Shown in pieces: positions 47,020 to 57,127 of a stretch of 64,000 bases of DNA. The position numbers and the translations under genes were made by a program. Below the pieces are notes generated by a model. That model did no database searches, had not been told where the DNA came from, and worked only from the letters and a program-made list of their open reading frames with translations. Every line of letters starts with the position of its first letter. Positions within the stretch are counted from its first letter, which is position 1. This DNA is from a bacterium (lineage in GTDB: Bacteria; Myxococcota_A; Bradymonadia; REDH01), in contig JAUICO010000006.1 of the NCBI GenBank assembly GCA_030427825.1, positions 16-64,015 of the forward strand, in the 5' to 3' direction.

Positions 47020-49319
47020 TGTCAATTGGTGGGCTGTATCGCGGCCCGCGAACGCAGGCCGCGCTGCTCGGCGCGATCGTGTTGTTCGCGCCATCGGTGC
47101 TTTTTGCGCAGAGCGTGACGGCGCTCTCATCCCAGGCGGACGAGCTCAGTGTCTCCGTCGATGAGTTGAATCGCGGACTTGTGCGCCCTGAGTTGGAGCG
47201 ACATGAGGTCGATCCCGGCCGCCGCGCTGCGGAAGGCGAAGTGCTCTTCCTGGTCGGTGACTACGAAGGCGCCGCCACCTCGCTGGCGGAGCTGGTAGAG
47301 AGCCGGGAACACGCGGCGCATCCGGCGATGCCGCGGGCGCGCTACATTCTGGCAGAGAGTCTGTACCAGGTCGGCGCCTATAGTATCGCTGCGGATTACT
47401 TTGAGACAGTGCTTGCGGGCCCCGAGGTCGACTATCAGCGCGACGCTGCGGTCCGTCTGCTCGAGATCGCGTTGAAGCTTCGTCGCTATGAAGAAGTGGA
47501 CCAGCGATATGGTCAGATGCTGGCTCGCTTCGGCGATGATCTGGGTGACCGCCTCGCCTATCTTCAGGGTCGGGCGCGGCACCTGAGCGGCGACTACAAT
47601 GCTGCAGTGACCGCGTTCCGTACTGTTCCTGCGAATTCGGACCTGTACGTGCAGAGCAGGTACCTCGCAGGAATCGCGCTGGTACAGCTCGATGATCTTG
47701 AGAACGCGATGGCGGAATTCGCTGCGGCCTCCGAGCTGAGCGCTGAAGCGATGCCGGGCACTCCTGAGCACGACGTTCATCAGCTGGCCCAGCTCGCGAT
47801 TGGCCGTCTGAACTACGAGTCATCGGCGTTCACCCCCGCGGTACTGGCGTACGCGCAGGTCGACTCGCAGAGCGATCACTTCTTCGATGCGATCTACGAG
47901 ATGTCCTGGACGCTGATCCGTGAGGAGCGTTTTACTGACGCCATCTACAACCTTGAGCTGCTGTACCTGCTCAGCGAAGGCGCACACTCGCGATATCGCG
48001 CTGAGGCGGGTCTCGTGGTGGGCGACCTTTACCGACGCAATGAGCGCTTCGACGACGCAGTGCGTTCCTTTGGTGATGTGGTCGAAGAGTTCGAGCCGAC
48101 AAGGGCCCGCATCGATGACCTCCTCCGCGGGGGGCACTCGGTGCTGGAGATCTACAACGCACTGGTCGGACACGACGACACGTTGCGGACGGGGCTTCGA
48201 GTCAGCGACTGGGTCGAAGAGACTCCGGAGATGACCCGCGCCATGGGCGTAATCCGCGACGCTGCCCGCCTGGAAGGGTGGGTCGAGAGTGCACGTGACA
48301 CGGTCAATGCACTCGACGCGGCCCTGAATTCGCGCAGCCGAGTGGATATCTTCCCTGAGCTGCGCAACGCGTGGGCACACCTGGTGGGTGCGCAGGGCAC
48401 GAGCCTGCAGATCCGTTCTGACCTTCTCGAGGTCGAGCGCGAGCGCTCCTACGCGACGCTTCCGCCGGCGGAGCAGACACGTCTGGGCGAGCTGCGCGCA
48501 TTGAGCACGGCGGCGTGGACGGAGTTCGGAAACACCCCCAACAGCTTCGATGAGCTGCTGGAAGTGGAGACGCAGCGTGGAGATGAGATCCAGGCGATGA
48601 TTCTTGATGTGTATCGCACGGAGCTGCAGCTGGAAGGCGAGCTCCGCGAAGTGCAGTCCATGCGGGATATGCTTCGCGAGCGAGTTCGTCGCGGCGAGAC
48701 GAGTCGCGACGTGGCCCTCCAGGCCGAGGCCGAGCTTATTGCTGAAGAAGAGCGCATCCACTCGGCGATGCGTGAACGGCGCGAGCTGCGCGAGCGGCTT
48801 GAAGTTCGCGCGGCTACGACCGGTGTAGGCGGAATCTCCGCCGACTCGGAACGTGCGGCGCAGGAAGTACTGTTCGCCTTCGCTCAGGAACATGACCTGA
48901 TCGCCGGCGCCGGCGCCACCTACGACGATCTCAATGACGTCTACGCGAAGCTGGACGACATCGACCGACGAATCGGAATCTCCTTTTCAGCGATCGATTC
49001 ACTGGTTCAGGACGTGTTGCTGGGATTCCACCAGGTCCTTGCGGATGAGAGTCGACGACTTGAGGCATACGAGGCGGTGCTTCGCCGGTACGAGCGCTCC
49101 GGCGCGACCGTCGCCGGCAGCATCGCCATGGACAGCTTCAGGCAGGTCCGCGATCGTGTCGCCGAGATTACGCTGCGAGCGAATCTGGGGATGATCGATA
49201 TCAAGTGGTGGGAGAAGGAAAGCGTGACCCGGCGGATTTCGGACCTGTTCGAGGAGAAGGACCGCCAGTTGCGGATTCTCGACGCCGACTTCGCAGAGAT
49301 TCGTCTCTCGGACGATTGA
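47016..49319 (+). CDS. Secreted TPR-repeat protein (767 aa).
   Basis: Signal peptide. Multiple TPR-like helical hairpins (AADYFETVLAGPEVDYQRDAAVRLLEIALK...). Coiled-coil C-terminus. Translationally coupled on both sides. Confidence 0.65.
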   Translation: MMSIGGLYRGPRTQAALLGAIVLFAPSVLFAQSVTALSSQADELSVSVDELNRGLVRPELERHEVDPGRRAAEGEVLFLVGDYEGAATSLAELVESREHAAHPAMPRARYILAESLYQVGAYSIAADYFETVLAGPEVDYQRDAAVRLLEIALKLRRYEEVDQRYGQMLARFGDDLGDRLAYLQGRARHLSGDYNAAVTAFRTVPANSDLYVQSRYLAGIALVQLDDLENAMAEFAAASELSAEAMPGTPEHDVHQLAQLAIGRLNYESSAFTPAVLAYAQVDSQSDHFFDAIYEMSWTLIREERFTDAIYNLELLYLLSEGAHSRYRAEAGLVVGDLYRRNERFDDAVRSFGDVVEEFEPTRARIDDLLRGGHSVLEIYNALVGHDDTLRTGLRVSDWVEETPEMTRAMGVIRDAARLEGWVESARDTVNALDAALNSRSRVDIFPELRNAWAHLVGAQGTSLQIRSDLLEVERERSYATLPPAEQTRLGELRALSTAAWTEFGNTPNSFDELLEVETQRGDEIQAMILDVYRTELQLEGELREVQSMRDMLRERVRRGETSRDVALQAEAELIAEEERIHSAMRERRELRERLEVRAATTGVGGISADSERAAQEVLFAFAQEHDLIAGAGATYDDLNDVYAKLDDIDRRIGISFSAIDSLVQDVLLGFHQVLADESRRLEAYEAVLRRYERSGATVAGSIAMDSFRQVRDRVAEITLRANLGMIDIKWWEKESVTRRISDLFEEKDRQLRILDADFAEIRLSDD

Positions 49320-49363
49320 TGCGGACACTTTGGAACATAGCACCGACACCTTCGAGGAAAGGG

Positions 49364-52300
49364 ATGCGATCAATTTTTCATAACCGCGCAATGGTCTGCG
49401 TTTATGTCGCGGCGGCGTTGACTGCCGGCGCGGCAGTCGCCGTGGACAGTCGTGCCCATGCGGACTCCGGGGCTCCGGCTGACTTCGCAGTGGGGGGCTC
49501 GCCAGAGGCTCTGACTCCGTTTGAGCATCCCGAGAGCGAGCTGCTCGCTCAAGCGGCGGAAGGCGAAGAGGCTGAAGGCAGTGAGCGCACGCTCCTGTCG
49601 CGCCCGATGCCTGGAACCGATGAAGTCGAGGCGAGCGCCATTACGGACTTCGAGCGCGCTCTGCGTGACTACGAAGAAGAGATGCTCGACTACCGACGAA
49701 GCATCGAGCAGGTTGTTGAGGTCGAATACCTGAGTCGTCGCGGCCAGATTCGAGACTTCTTCCAGGACGAAATCGACGCGCTTCGTATCGAAGAGCGTGC
49801 GCGGCGTGCCGAGGCAATCGCAGACTTCGAGGGCTTCCTTGAGCGCTTTCCGAATCACCCGGACTACGCGCCGGACGTCATCTTTCGCCTCGCCGAGCTG
49901 AACTACGAAAAGGCAGAGGATGACTACCTTCTTGCCGACATCGAGTACGCCGAGTTGGAGCAGCGCTACGACCTTGGTCTGATCGCAGAGCTGCCAGACC
50001 CGCCGGAGAAGAACTTCAACCCCAGCATCCGGCTCTTTGAGCGCCTGCTGAATCAATTTCCCGACTACCGTCAGGCGGACGGCGCGTACTATCTGTTGGC
50101 GATGTGCCAGCTGCAGATGGACGAGTACGATCCATCGCTGGCGAACTTCACAACCCTCGTGTCCGCGTACCCCAACTCCGACTTTGCTCAGGAAGGCTGG
50201 CTGCGTATCGGCGAGTTCCACTTTATGGAGTTGGACTTTCAGCTCGCCCGTGCCGCGTACGAGCGTGCGATCGAGTACGGTGACTCTATCTGGTACGACA
50301 AGACCCTCTTCAAGCTGGGCTGGTCGAACTACCTGTTGAACGACTACGACACCGCGATCAACAACTTCCAGACTCTGTTGCGCTACTACGGCGAAGATGA
50401 CGATGGGGCGACGGAGAAGGCTGTGCGTGAAGAAGCGCTGCAGTACTTCGCGATCGCGGTGTCCGAAGAGGACTGGGACTTCGACGGTGAGGTGGATGAA
50501 GGATTCGTCCTCGGTCGGGTGGAACAGTACCTGAGCGAAGATGAGCCGTTTACGGTTGAAGTGCTCGACCGGATCGCGACGATGTTGATGGACAATCAGC
50601 GTCATCAGCACGCCATCGACGTGCATCGCTACATTCTTGAGCGGTACCCGTTGGATCCGGAGAACCCGAAGCGTCACGAGCAGATCATTATCGCATTCTC
50701 GCGAATGAATGAGATTCCGCAGGCTCTCGCTGAAGGTCGGCGTCTGGGCGAGCTCTATGGCCCGGACTCCGAGTGGTGGCGAGCCCAGGAGATGGAAGGA
50801 AACCTGGAGCAGATGGCCTACGCCGAGCAGCTTGCACGTGACATGCTCTTTCAGACGGCGAACACGCTCTATGTTGAGGGCGACGACCTCGCTGCGCGCG
50901 CCATCATTGAGGGCGATGACACGCTCCTCGCGCAGTCGGTGCAGCGCTACCAGGCCGCTGCGCAGATCTATGAGGAGTTCCTGAGCCTCTACCCGAACGA
51001 TCCCGAAGCCTACACCGTGCAGATGTATCTCGGTCAGGCCCGCTTTAACTCGGATGAGTTCGCGGAGGCGGCCACCGCTTTCGCCGCAGTTCGCGACTCA
51101 CAGATCAGCAATCAGTTCCGCGTCGCAGCTGCGGGTCTCACGATCTCTGCCTATGAAAAGGCTCTAGAGAAGGCCATCGACGCGGGCGAGCTCGACGGAA
51201 TCGCGTGGCCGGCGCATCGGGACAATGTCCTCGCGGACCTTCTGCCCGATATCGGCATCGAGGCCGAAGACGATGAGGATGACGAAGACGAGGCGGGTAG
51301 CGGCCCGCGCGACGCGTCGCAGATTCCGGTTCCCGAGCTGTCGGGGTTGTGGGCGGCGTCGATCGACCGCTACGTCGAGATGGACCTGAACGCAGAGGAT
51401 GATCCCACTCAGCAGGGTCGCTACGGCTACAACGCCGCGATCATGTACTACCTGCATGGCCATTACAACGAGGCGAAGGAACGATTCGCGTACATCGTTG
51501 AGAACTACTGCGGTCAGGATGAGGTCGGATTCTCGGCCGGCTTCCTGATGAACTCCGCTCGTCTCTCGGGCGCCTTCTCGGAAGCCGATGCAGTCAAGCA
51601 GTTGATCGAGCGACGAGTCGCCGCCAATTGTGTGGACCCGGAGATTCTGGCCGCGCTTGAGCGCGACATGGATCTCATGATCATCGGAATCGCGTTCGAA
51701 GCGGCCGAGGCCTACTACCGCGAAGGAGACTACCTCGCGGCGGCGCAGGAATATGTGCGCGTGGTCAATCAGTACCCGGAGAACGAAGACGCTGCGAAGG
51801 CGCTGTTTAATGCGGGTCTGATCTACGAGCAGGACCTGCGGATGAACGAGCTGGCGATGCGCCAGTTCGACCGCGTCATCGCGGAGTACCCGCAGAGCGA
51901 GTTCATCAACGACACGCTGGTGCGTATCGCGATCAACTCGAAGCGCTTCTTCGATTTCGATCGCGCCATCTCGACCTTCCAGCTTCTCTACGACCGCGGC
52001 TACAACAGCGACCTGGTGGAGCATCCGCTCCTCGATGCGGCACAGCTGCGCGACTATTCACAGCAGCACCGCGAAGCGATACGATCGTACGAAGAGTGGT
52101 TGGGTGACAATGCGAATGACCCGCGCGCTCCGGCGGTTCTGTACCAGACGGCGGTGATCTACCGACGTCTCGGCGACGAGCGTGCCGCGATTCGTGCTCT
52201 TGAGCGGTTCCGCCAGCAATACGGCCGACGTCAGAGCGACATCATCGATGTGGACGCCGCGGTCATCGACTCGCTGCACGCTGAGATGGAGTACTACGAA

Positions 52301-52987
52301 GCGAACAACAACACGCGCTCGTACAACCGCGCCCTGGACCAGCTGCTGGACGAATTCTCCGCTCGGAACCCGGACAACCCGGAGTCGACATACGTTGTGG
52401 CGGAACTCGCCTACAACAACGTTGTTGAAGAGTACGAAGAGTGGGACTCCGCCGATCTGGGCGAGACTCTCAGTACGCAGCGAACACGCCTGACGGAGCG
52501 TCGAGAGGGAATGCAGGATCTGTTGGACCGCTTTGACGCGGTGTCAGGCTTCAACTCTGCGGATTGGACCGTGTGTGCCTGGTACATGAGAGGACGAGTC
52601 TACCAGCGCATGGCGGACCTGCTCTACAGCCTGCCGACACCGGATTTCCGTGGCGACTACGACGCAGAGGATGAGTACGTCCTGCAGATTGAAGGCTTCG
52701 CATCGCAGTACGAGGATGCGGCTGTCCTGGAATGGCAGGCGACCTATCCGCTCATGCAGCAGCTGGGCGTTGTTAACGAATGTACCTACAATATGACCCG
52801 TGAGCTGAACCGATACCGCGGTGGCGAGTTTCCGATCTTCCGAGAGGCGGAGACCCACATGGAGAGCGTGCTCTTTGCGCCGCAGGTCTTTGCGGTTCCA
52901 CGCCTTGAGGTTGAGGACGAGCAACGTGAATCGATCCGTCTCCATGACGAAGACGAAGCCGGCGATGCCGATGAAGGACAGGAGTAA
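49364..52987 (+). CDS. Large secreted TPR-repeat protein (~1210-1260 aa), GltD/AgmU-sized. Start either 49319 or 49364; 49364 has a GGAAAGGG RBS.
   Basis: Signal peptide (MVCVYVAAALTAGAAVAVDSRAHA). >10 TPR-like repeats throughout and an acidic C-terminus. Confidence 0.65.
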   Translation: MRSIFHNRAMVCVYVAAALTAGAAVAVDSRAHADSGAPADFAVGGSPEALTPFEHPESELLAQAAEGEEAEGSERTLLSRPMPGTDEVEASAITDFERALRDYEEEMLDYRRSIEQVVEVEYLSRRGQIRDFFQDEIDALRIEERARRAEAIADFEGFLERFPNHPDYAPDVIFRLAELNYEKAEDDYLLADIEYAELEQRYDLGLIAELPDPPEKNFNPSIRLFERLLNQFPDYRQADGAYYLLAMCQLQMDEYDPSLANFTTLVSAYPNSDFAQEGWLRIGEFHFMELDFQLARAAYERAIEYGDSIWYDKTLFKLGWSNYLLNDYDTAINNFQTLLRYYGEDDDGATEKAVREEALQYFAIAVSEEDWDFDGEVDEGFVLGRVEQYLSEDEPFTVEVLDRIATMLMDNQRHQHAIDVHRYILERYPLDPENPKRHEQIIIAFSRMNEIPQALAEGRRLGELYGPDSEWWRAQEMEGNLEQMAYAEQLARDMLFQTANTLYVEGDDLAARAIIEGDDTLLAQSVQRYQAAAQIYEEFLSLYPNDPEAYTVQMYLGQARFNSDEFAEAATAFAAVRDSQISNQFRVAAAGLTISAYEKALEKAIDAGELDGIAWPAHRDNVLADLLPDIGIEAEDDEDDEDEAGSGPRDASQIPVPELSGLWAASIDRYVEMDLNAEDDPTQQGRYGYNAAIMYYLHGHYNEAKERFAYIVENYCGQDEVGFSAGFLMNSARLSGAFSEADAVKQLIERRVAANCVDPEILAALERDMDLMIIGIAFEAAEAYYREGDYLAAAQEYVRVVNQYPENEDAAKALFNAGLIYEQDLRMNELAMRQFDRVIAEYPQSEFINDTLVRIAINSKRFFDFDRAISTFQLLYDRGYNSDLVEHPLLDAAQLRDYSQQHREAIRSYEEWLGDNANDPRAPAVLYQTAVIYRRLGDERAAIRALERFRQQYGRRQSDIIDVDAAVIDSLHAEMEYYEANNNTRSYNRALDQLLDEFSARNPDNPESTYVVAELAYNNVVEEYEEWDSADLGETLSTQRTRLTERREGMQDLLDRFDAVSGFNSADWTVCAWYMRGRVYQRMADLLYSLPTPDFRGDYDAEDEYVLQIEGFASQYEDAAVLEWQATYPLMQQLGVVNECTYNMTRELNRYRGGEFPIFREAETHMESVLFAPQVFAVPRLEVEDEQRESIRLHDEDEAGDADEGQE

Positions 52988-54664
52988 ATGTTGATGAAGA
53001 CTCGCATTCATCAGGTTGCGGTACTTGTCCTCGCCGGGCTGCTTGCTGCCTGCGGTAGCAAGCAGAGCGCTACTGAGGGCAGCACAGGCACCACCCGTCC
53101 GGACGCCCGACCGACTGCACAGGCAGCAGCGCCCAACGCCTCCCCTGCGCAAGCGCCTGCCCCGGCCGCTGCGCCGACAGAAACGATTGCGGAAGCAGAG
53201 CCCGCTCCGGAGGATGCGGCGCCCATCGTGGCGCCTGAAGACGGTACCATTGAAGAGCGTCTGATGTACCGGATGGAGGAGGCCGTTGATCGCGCCCGCC
53301 GCGGTAATTTCGAGATCGCGAAGGTGGAGTTGCTTCAGCTGCTGCGCGAAGACCAGGTGGCTGCATACGCGGCTTACAACCTTGGTGTCATCGCGTACTA
53401 TGAGGGTCAGACCGGTCAGGCGCTGGAATATTACGAAGTCGCGCTCGAGCAGGACCCGACCTTCGCCCCACCGTTGCTCGCGACGGTGCGTCATCACATG
53501 GCGGGTGGCGATACATCGGTGGCTCGCGACCTGGTCCGACGACAACTGCAGAACTCGGAAAACGCGCCGACCGTTCAGGGCGTCGAGTTGTACCTGACGC
53601 TGGCCGACGGTCGCTACGAACAGGTTATCCAGGACGGTCGCCAGGTATTGATCGCTGACGCCGGCAATATGGATGCGCATTTCACGATGGCGATGGCGCA
53701 CTACAACCTGGGCCGGCTTGAGCTCGCTCGCTATATTCTCGAAGAGGGAATCTCGCGCGACGAAGGCCGTCCCGATTTCTACTTTGCTCTTGCTCGCATC
53801 TACCTTGACCGCGACGAGAAGATCCGCGCGCGAACCTACCTCGAGCGGGCGCTTGAAATTGACTCGAGTCACCCGGAAGCGAGCAACAACCTCGGCGTGC
53901 TGAATCTCGAGTCACGAAACTTTGAAGCGGCAGAACAACTGTTTCGCGGTGCCATCGAGCGTGCTCCGAACTACGAAGAAGCGTGGGTGAACCTGGGGAA
54001 CGCGTTGAAAGGTCAGCAGCGATACAATGAGGCCCGTGATGCATACAACCGGGCCATGCAGATGAGCCCGACCTATCCGGCGCCGTACTACAACCTGGGA
54101 ATTCTCTTTCTGGATACCGAGATGGACGGACTGGGTGAGGCGGACCGAATTCAGCGCGCGCTGGAGTACTTCAGCGACTTCCGAACCCGCTACGGTGCGG
54201 GTCTTCCCGCAGAGCATCCGGTCAACACCTACCAGAGTGAAGCGGTTGCACGCCTCGAAGTCATTCGCGAGCTGGAGCAGAGTGCGCAGCTGGAGCAGGA
54301 GCAGGACACACGGCAACCGGAGCAGTCCAATCAGGAAGGCGGGTACGCCGATCAGGCTTGCTTCGACGACTTCTGTGTTGACGATGCCGATCCGGACCAG
54401 TGCTACCAGGATTTCTGCGGAGGCTCCGGCAGTGACGGCGGCGATAGCGGGACGCCGGCGAGCTATCCGGACCAGGGATGCTTTGAAGAGTTTTGTGAAG
54501 GGGAGATGGACGAAGCCCAGTGCTATGAGGACTTCTGTGGCGGCTCCGACGACGAAGACACTGAGAGCTCGGATGGCGGCGGCTATGAAGACCAGCAGTG
54601 TTTCGACGACTTCTGCGCGGGCGATGCCGACCCCGACCAGTGCTACCGCGACTTCTGCGAGTAG
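52988..54664 (+). CDS. TPR-repeat lipoprotein with a C-terminal 4x Cys-rich acidic repeat.
   Basis: MLMKTRIHQVAVLVLAGLLAACGSK (lipobox). TPR repeats (YNLGVIAYYEGQTGQALEYYEVALEQDP...). The C-terminus carries four copies of Q.CF(D/E)(D/E)FC....D..QCY.DFCGG. Confidence 0.7.
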   Translation: MLMKTRIHQVAVLVLAGLLAACGSKQSATEGSTGTTRPDARPTAQAAAPNASPAQAPAPAAAPTETIAEAEPAPEDAAPIVAPEDGTIEERLMYRMEEAVDRARRGNFEIAKVELLQLLREDQVAAYAAYNLGVIAYYEGQTGQALEYYEVALEQDPTFAPPLLATVRHHMAGGDTSVARDLVRRQLQNSENAPTVQGVELYLTLADGRYEQVIQDGRQVLIADAGNMDAHFTMAMAHYNLGRLELARYILEEGISRDEGRPDFYFALARIYLDRDEKIRARTYLERALEIDSSHPEASNNLGVLNLESRNFEAAEQLFRGAIERAPNYEEAWVNLGNALKGQQRYNEARDAYNRAMQMSPTYPAPYYNLGILFLDTEMDGLGEADRIQRALEYFSDFRTRYGAGLPAEHPVNTYQSEAVARLEVIRELEQSAQLEQEQDTRQPEQSNQEGGYADQACFDDFCVDDADPDQCYQDFCGGSGSDGGDSGTPASYPDQGCFEEFCEGEMDEAQCYEDFCGGSDDEDTESSDGGGYEDQQCFDDFCAGDADPDQCYRDFCE

Positions 54665-54675
54665 GCGGAACAACG

Positions 54676-54936
54676 ATGGAGACGACAATGACATCACGAT
54701 CGTTCGCATTGATTGCAGGTCTGTTCTTCACGATCGCGGTTCTCATGATCGCTTCGATGGCGGCGGCCGAAAACGAGAACATCTTCATTTTTGAAGAAGA
54801 CATCATCACGGGCGAGATCGAGAAGCCGGAGGCGTTCTATGTGCTCCGTGCATCGAGCCTCGACTACGAGTTTGACGACCGTGCGGAGAGCTTCCTTGAG
54901 GAGCTCCGACGAACCGTGGACCACGAAGCGTTTTGA
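54676..54936 (+). CDS. Small secreted protein (87 aa) of unknown function.
   Basis: METTMTSRSFALIAGLFFTIAVLMIASMAAAE is a signal peptide. Acidic mature part. Lower GC than the neighbours. ATG start. Confidence 0.35.
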   Translation: METTMTSRSFALIAGLFFTIAVLMIASMAAAENENIFIFEEDIITGEIEKPEAFYVLRASSLDYEFDDRAESFLEELRRTVDHEAF

Positions 54937-55495
54937 GTCGGACAGCGCCGAACTGAGTACGACTCAGGGGCCTTGGGCGGCGGCCTTGATGTGGCCTGCT
55001 CGGCACGCGAGACCCATTTGGGGTACGCGAACTACGTGCCACGACTGATCTACGTGAACGGGCGACGTCCCTGACCTGTTGGCGAGCGCCATCCGCCGCC
55101 GGCCGGACCGGTTCAAGGGAGTCGCCAAAGCCGCGCGTGAGCGCGATGCAGAGGCCCCGGTGACTCGGGTCTTCGGAGGCACACCTGTTGCCTCCTGCGC
55201 ATGCGCGCGGCCAAAACCGATGGCCCGAAGTACCTGTCAGTTGTGGGCCGCTCACGGCTTCCGCCGACACAGATCGTAGACCGATACCGAGATTCTGGCG
55301 TCGCCATTTTCGCTGTGTTAGTTCAGCACTCGACGTGGGGACGCAGATGAAAGCCAAATGGCTTGTGGACCGAGAATCCGCATAGTAAAGGGCTTCTCCA
55401 CGACGAATTTCGTCAATCACGGGTGGTAACATTTGAGCGGCGGTTCGCTCAATTTGTGTTGGACCTCAGTTAACTAAGACAGGAGCTAGTGAACT

Positions 55496-56137
55496 ATGGG
55501 AGCGATCGCGGATGCATTTCGTGACGGAGGAATCTGGATGTACCTGATCCTTGCGGTATCTATTATCGCGCTTGGGATCATCATCGAACGATTCATCTTC
55601 CTGTTCTTCAAATACAACATCAACGCGAATGCGTTCATGGCGCAGATTCAGAAGCTTGTGATGGCCGGTAATATCGACCGCGCAATCAAGCTCTGTAACG
55701 CCGCCCCGAGCGCAGCGCTGCCGAAGGTTGTGAAGGCTGGTCTCACCCGCGCGAACAAGGGCGAAGTCGCCATTCAGAACGCGATTGAGGAAGCGAGTCT
55801 GGAAGTGATTCCAGTCGTTACTCAGCGTACGCCGGCGCTTCTTGCGCTCGCGAACATCGCGACTCTGCTTGGTCTTCTGGGAACGATTATCGGTCTGATC
55901 GAGGCTTTCAAAGCGCTCGAGGAAGCACCGCCTGAGGAGAAGCAGGAATGGCTGGCACGCGGTATCGCGCTCGCGATGAATACGACGGCCTTCGGCCTTA
56001 TCGTTGCCATCCCGGTACTACTGTTCCACCTCTTCCTGTCAGGAATCACCAAGAAGATCGTCGGTGAGATTGACCAGTACTCGGTCAAGCTGGAGAACCT
56101 TCTGGTGGCTCACTCGAAAGGTCAGACAGTAGACTGA
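55496..56137 (+). CDS. MotA/TolQ/ExbB-family proton channel subunit (AglR/TolQ-like).
   Basis: 3-TM topology, conserved C-terminal TM pair (GIALAMNTTAFGLIVAIPVLLFHLFL). AGGAG RBS. 213 aa. Confidence 0.85.
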   Translation: MGAIADAFRDGGIWMYLILAVSIIALGIIIERFIFLFFKYNINANAFMAQIQKLVMAGNIDRAIKLCNAAPSAALPKVVKAGLTRANKGEVAIQNAIEEASLEVIPVVTQRTPALLALANIATLLGLLGTIIGLIEAFKALEEAPPEEKQEWLARGIALAMNTTAFGLIVAIPVLLFHLFLSGITKKIVGEIDQYSVKLENLLVAHSKGQTVD

Positions 56138-56280
56138 TTCGGTCACGGTCTGGGCTGTATTGCTGGGTGCGACCGTGGCGAAACCTCGCTTCCGGTCGCA
56201 TTTCACATTCAAGGCACTGGTAGACCAACGGGCTGACCTCGATCCGATGCGGTGAGGCGGCGCAACAGGGGCTTACAATC

Positions 56281-57066
56281 ATGGCAAGAAAACGACGAGT
56301 GGAAGTAGACGACGGACAGGGTGACCTGAACCTCGCTCCCATCATGAACATGGTGATGATTCTGATTCCGCTGCTTCTCCTGATGGTGAAGTTTACCGAA
56401 ATCAGCATCATCAACGTCAACGCGCCTGCCCGCGGTCAGTCTGCGCGCCAGGCGGATGACGAGCCGGATGAGGAAGAAGTGCAGGTCCCGCGGGTCGTTG
56501 TCTCAATCTCGAGCGACGGGTTCCGCCTCCTGGACATGCAGCAGCTGCCGGCCTTCGAAGAGTTTGTCCGTCCTGTCACGGGTTGTCCGGGTGCAGGGTC
56601 GACCGGTGGCACTGCGGTTGTTAACCCTCATACAGCTACGGCAACGATCCCTCCGACCATCTGTCTCCGACAGGGTACGGAAGGCATGCCTCTTTCAGAG
56701 CGGCTCGACTACGCCGGCTTGTATAATCATCTGGTCCGCATACGCATGAAGCCGGAATGGTTTGATGCCTTTGGTGAGGAGAACAACTCCATCATCAGCA
56801 TCCTCCCTGATTTCGAGATTCCCTTCGCGACTATCGTGGAGACGATGGATGCGTCGCGCTTCTTTCTCAAGCCGGCGAACTCCGACCTTCCGCCGCCGAC
56901 TGCGGCGTCGGCTCCCGAATCGTACATGCTTGCCGGTGGCAATGGCGCTACGGTCGAAGACCTGAAGAACGCGCACTACGTGGTCACCGAGGGAGACACA
57001 CCTACGCAGGTCGATCTCTTTCCGGATCCGGTGCTGCTCCTGCCGAACGCAGGATCGGGTGGCTGA
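56281..57066 (+). CDS. ExbD/TolR-family protein with a ~120-aa C-terminal extension (AglQ/S- or ExbD-like).
   Basis: DLNLAPIMNMVMILIPLLLLMVKF matches the ExbD/TolR N-terminal TM signature. 261 aa, compared with ~140 aa for typical members. Confidence 0.8.
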   Translation: MARKRRVEVDDGQGDLNLAPIMNMVMILIPLLLLMVKFTEISIINVNAPARGQSARQADDEPDEEEVQVPRVVVSISSDGFRLLDMQQLPAFEEFVRPVTGCPGAGSTGGTAVVNPHTATATIPPTICLRQGTEGMPLSERLDYAGLYNHLVRIRMKPEWFDAFGEENNSIISILPDFEIPFATIVETMDASRFFLKPANSDLPPPTAASAPESYMLAGGNGATVEDLKNAHYVVTEGDTPTQVDLFPDPVLLLPNAGSGG

Positions 57067-57127
57067 GCGCCGCTCGCCGAGTATTCCTCCCAGTTCCACT
57101 TTTCCGAGCTACTCCTGACGGAGCATT

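Noticed and set aside
54806-55432. 208-aa minus-strand ORF, plus 55079..55279 and 55188..55385, inside the gap upstream of TolQ
   Set aside because: Arg/Pro/Ser-rich products with no start context. They look like GC-rich shadow ORFs, so the gap is treated as non-coding.
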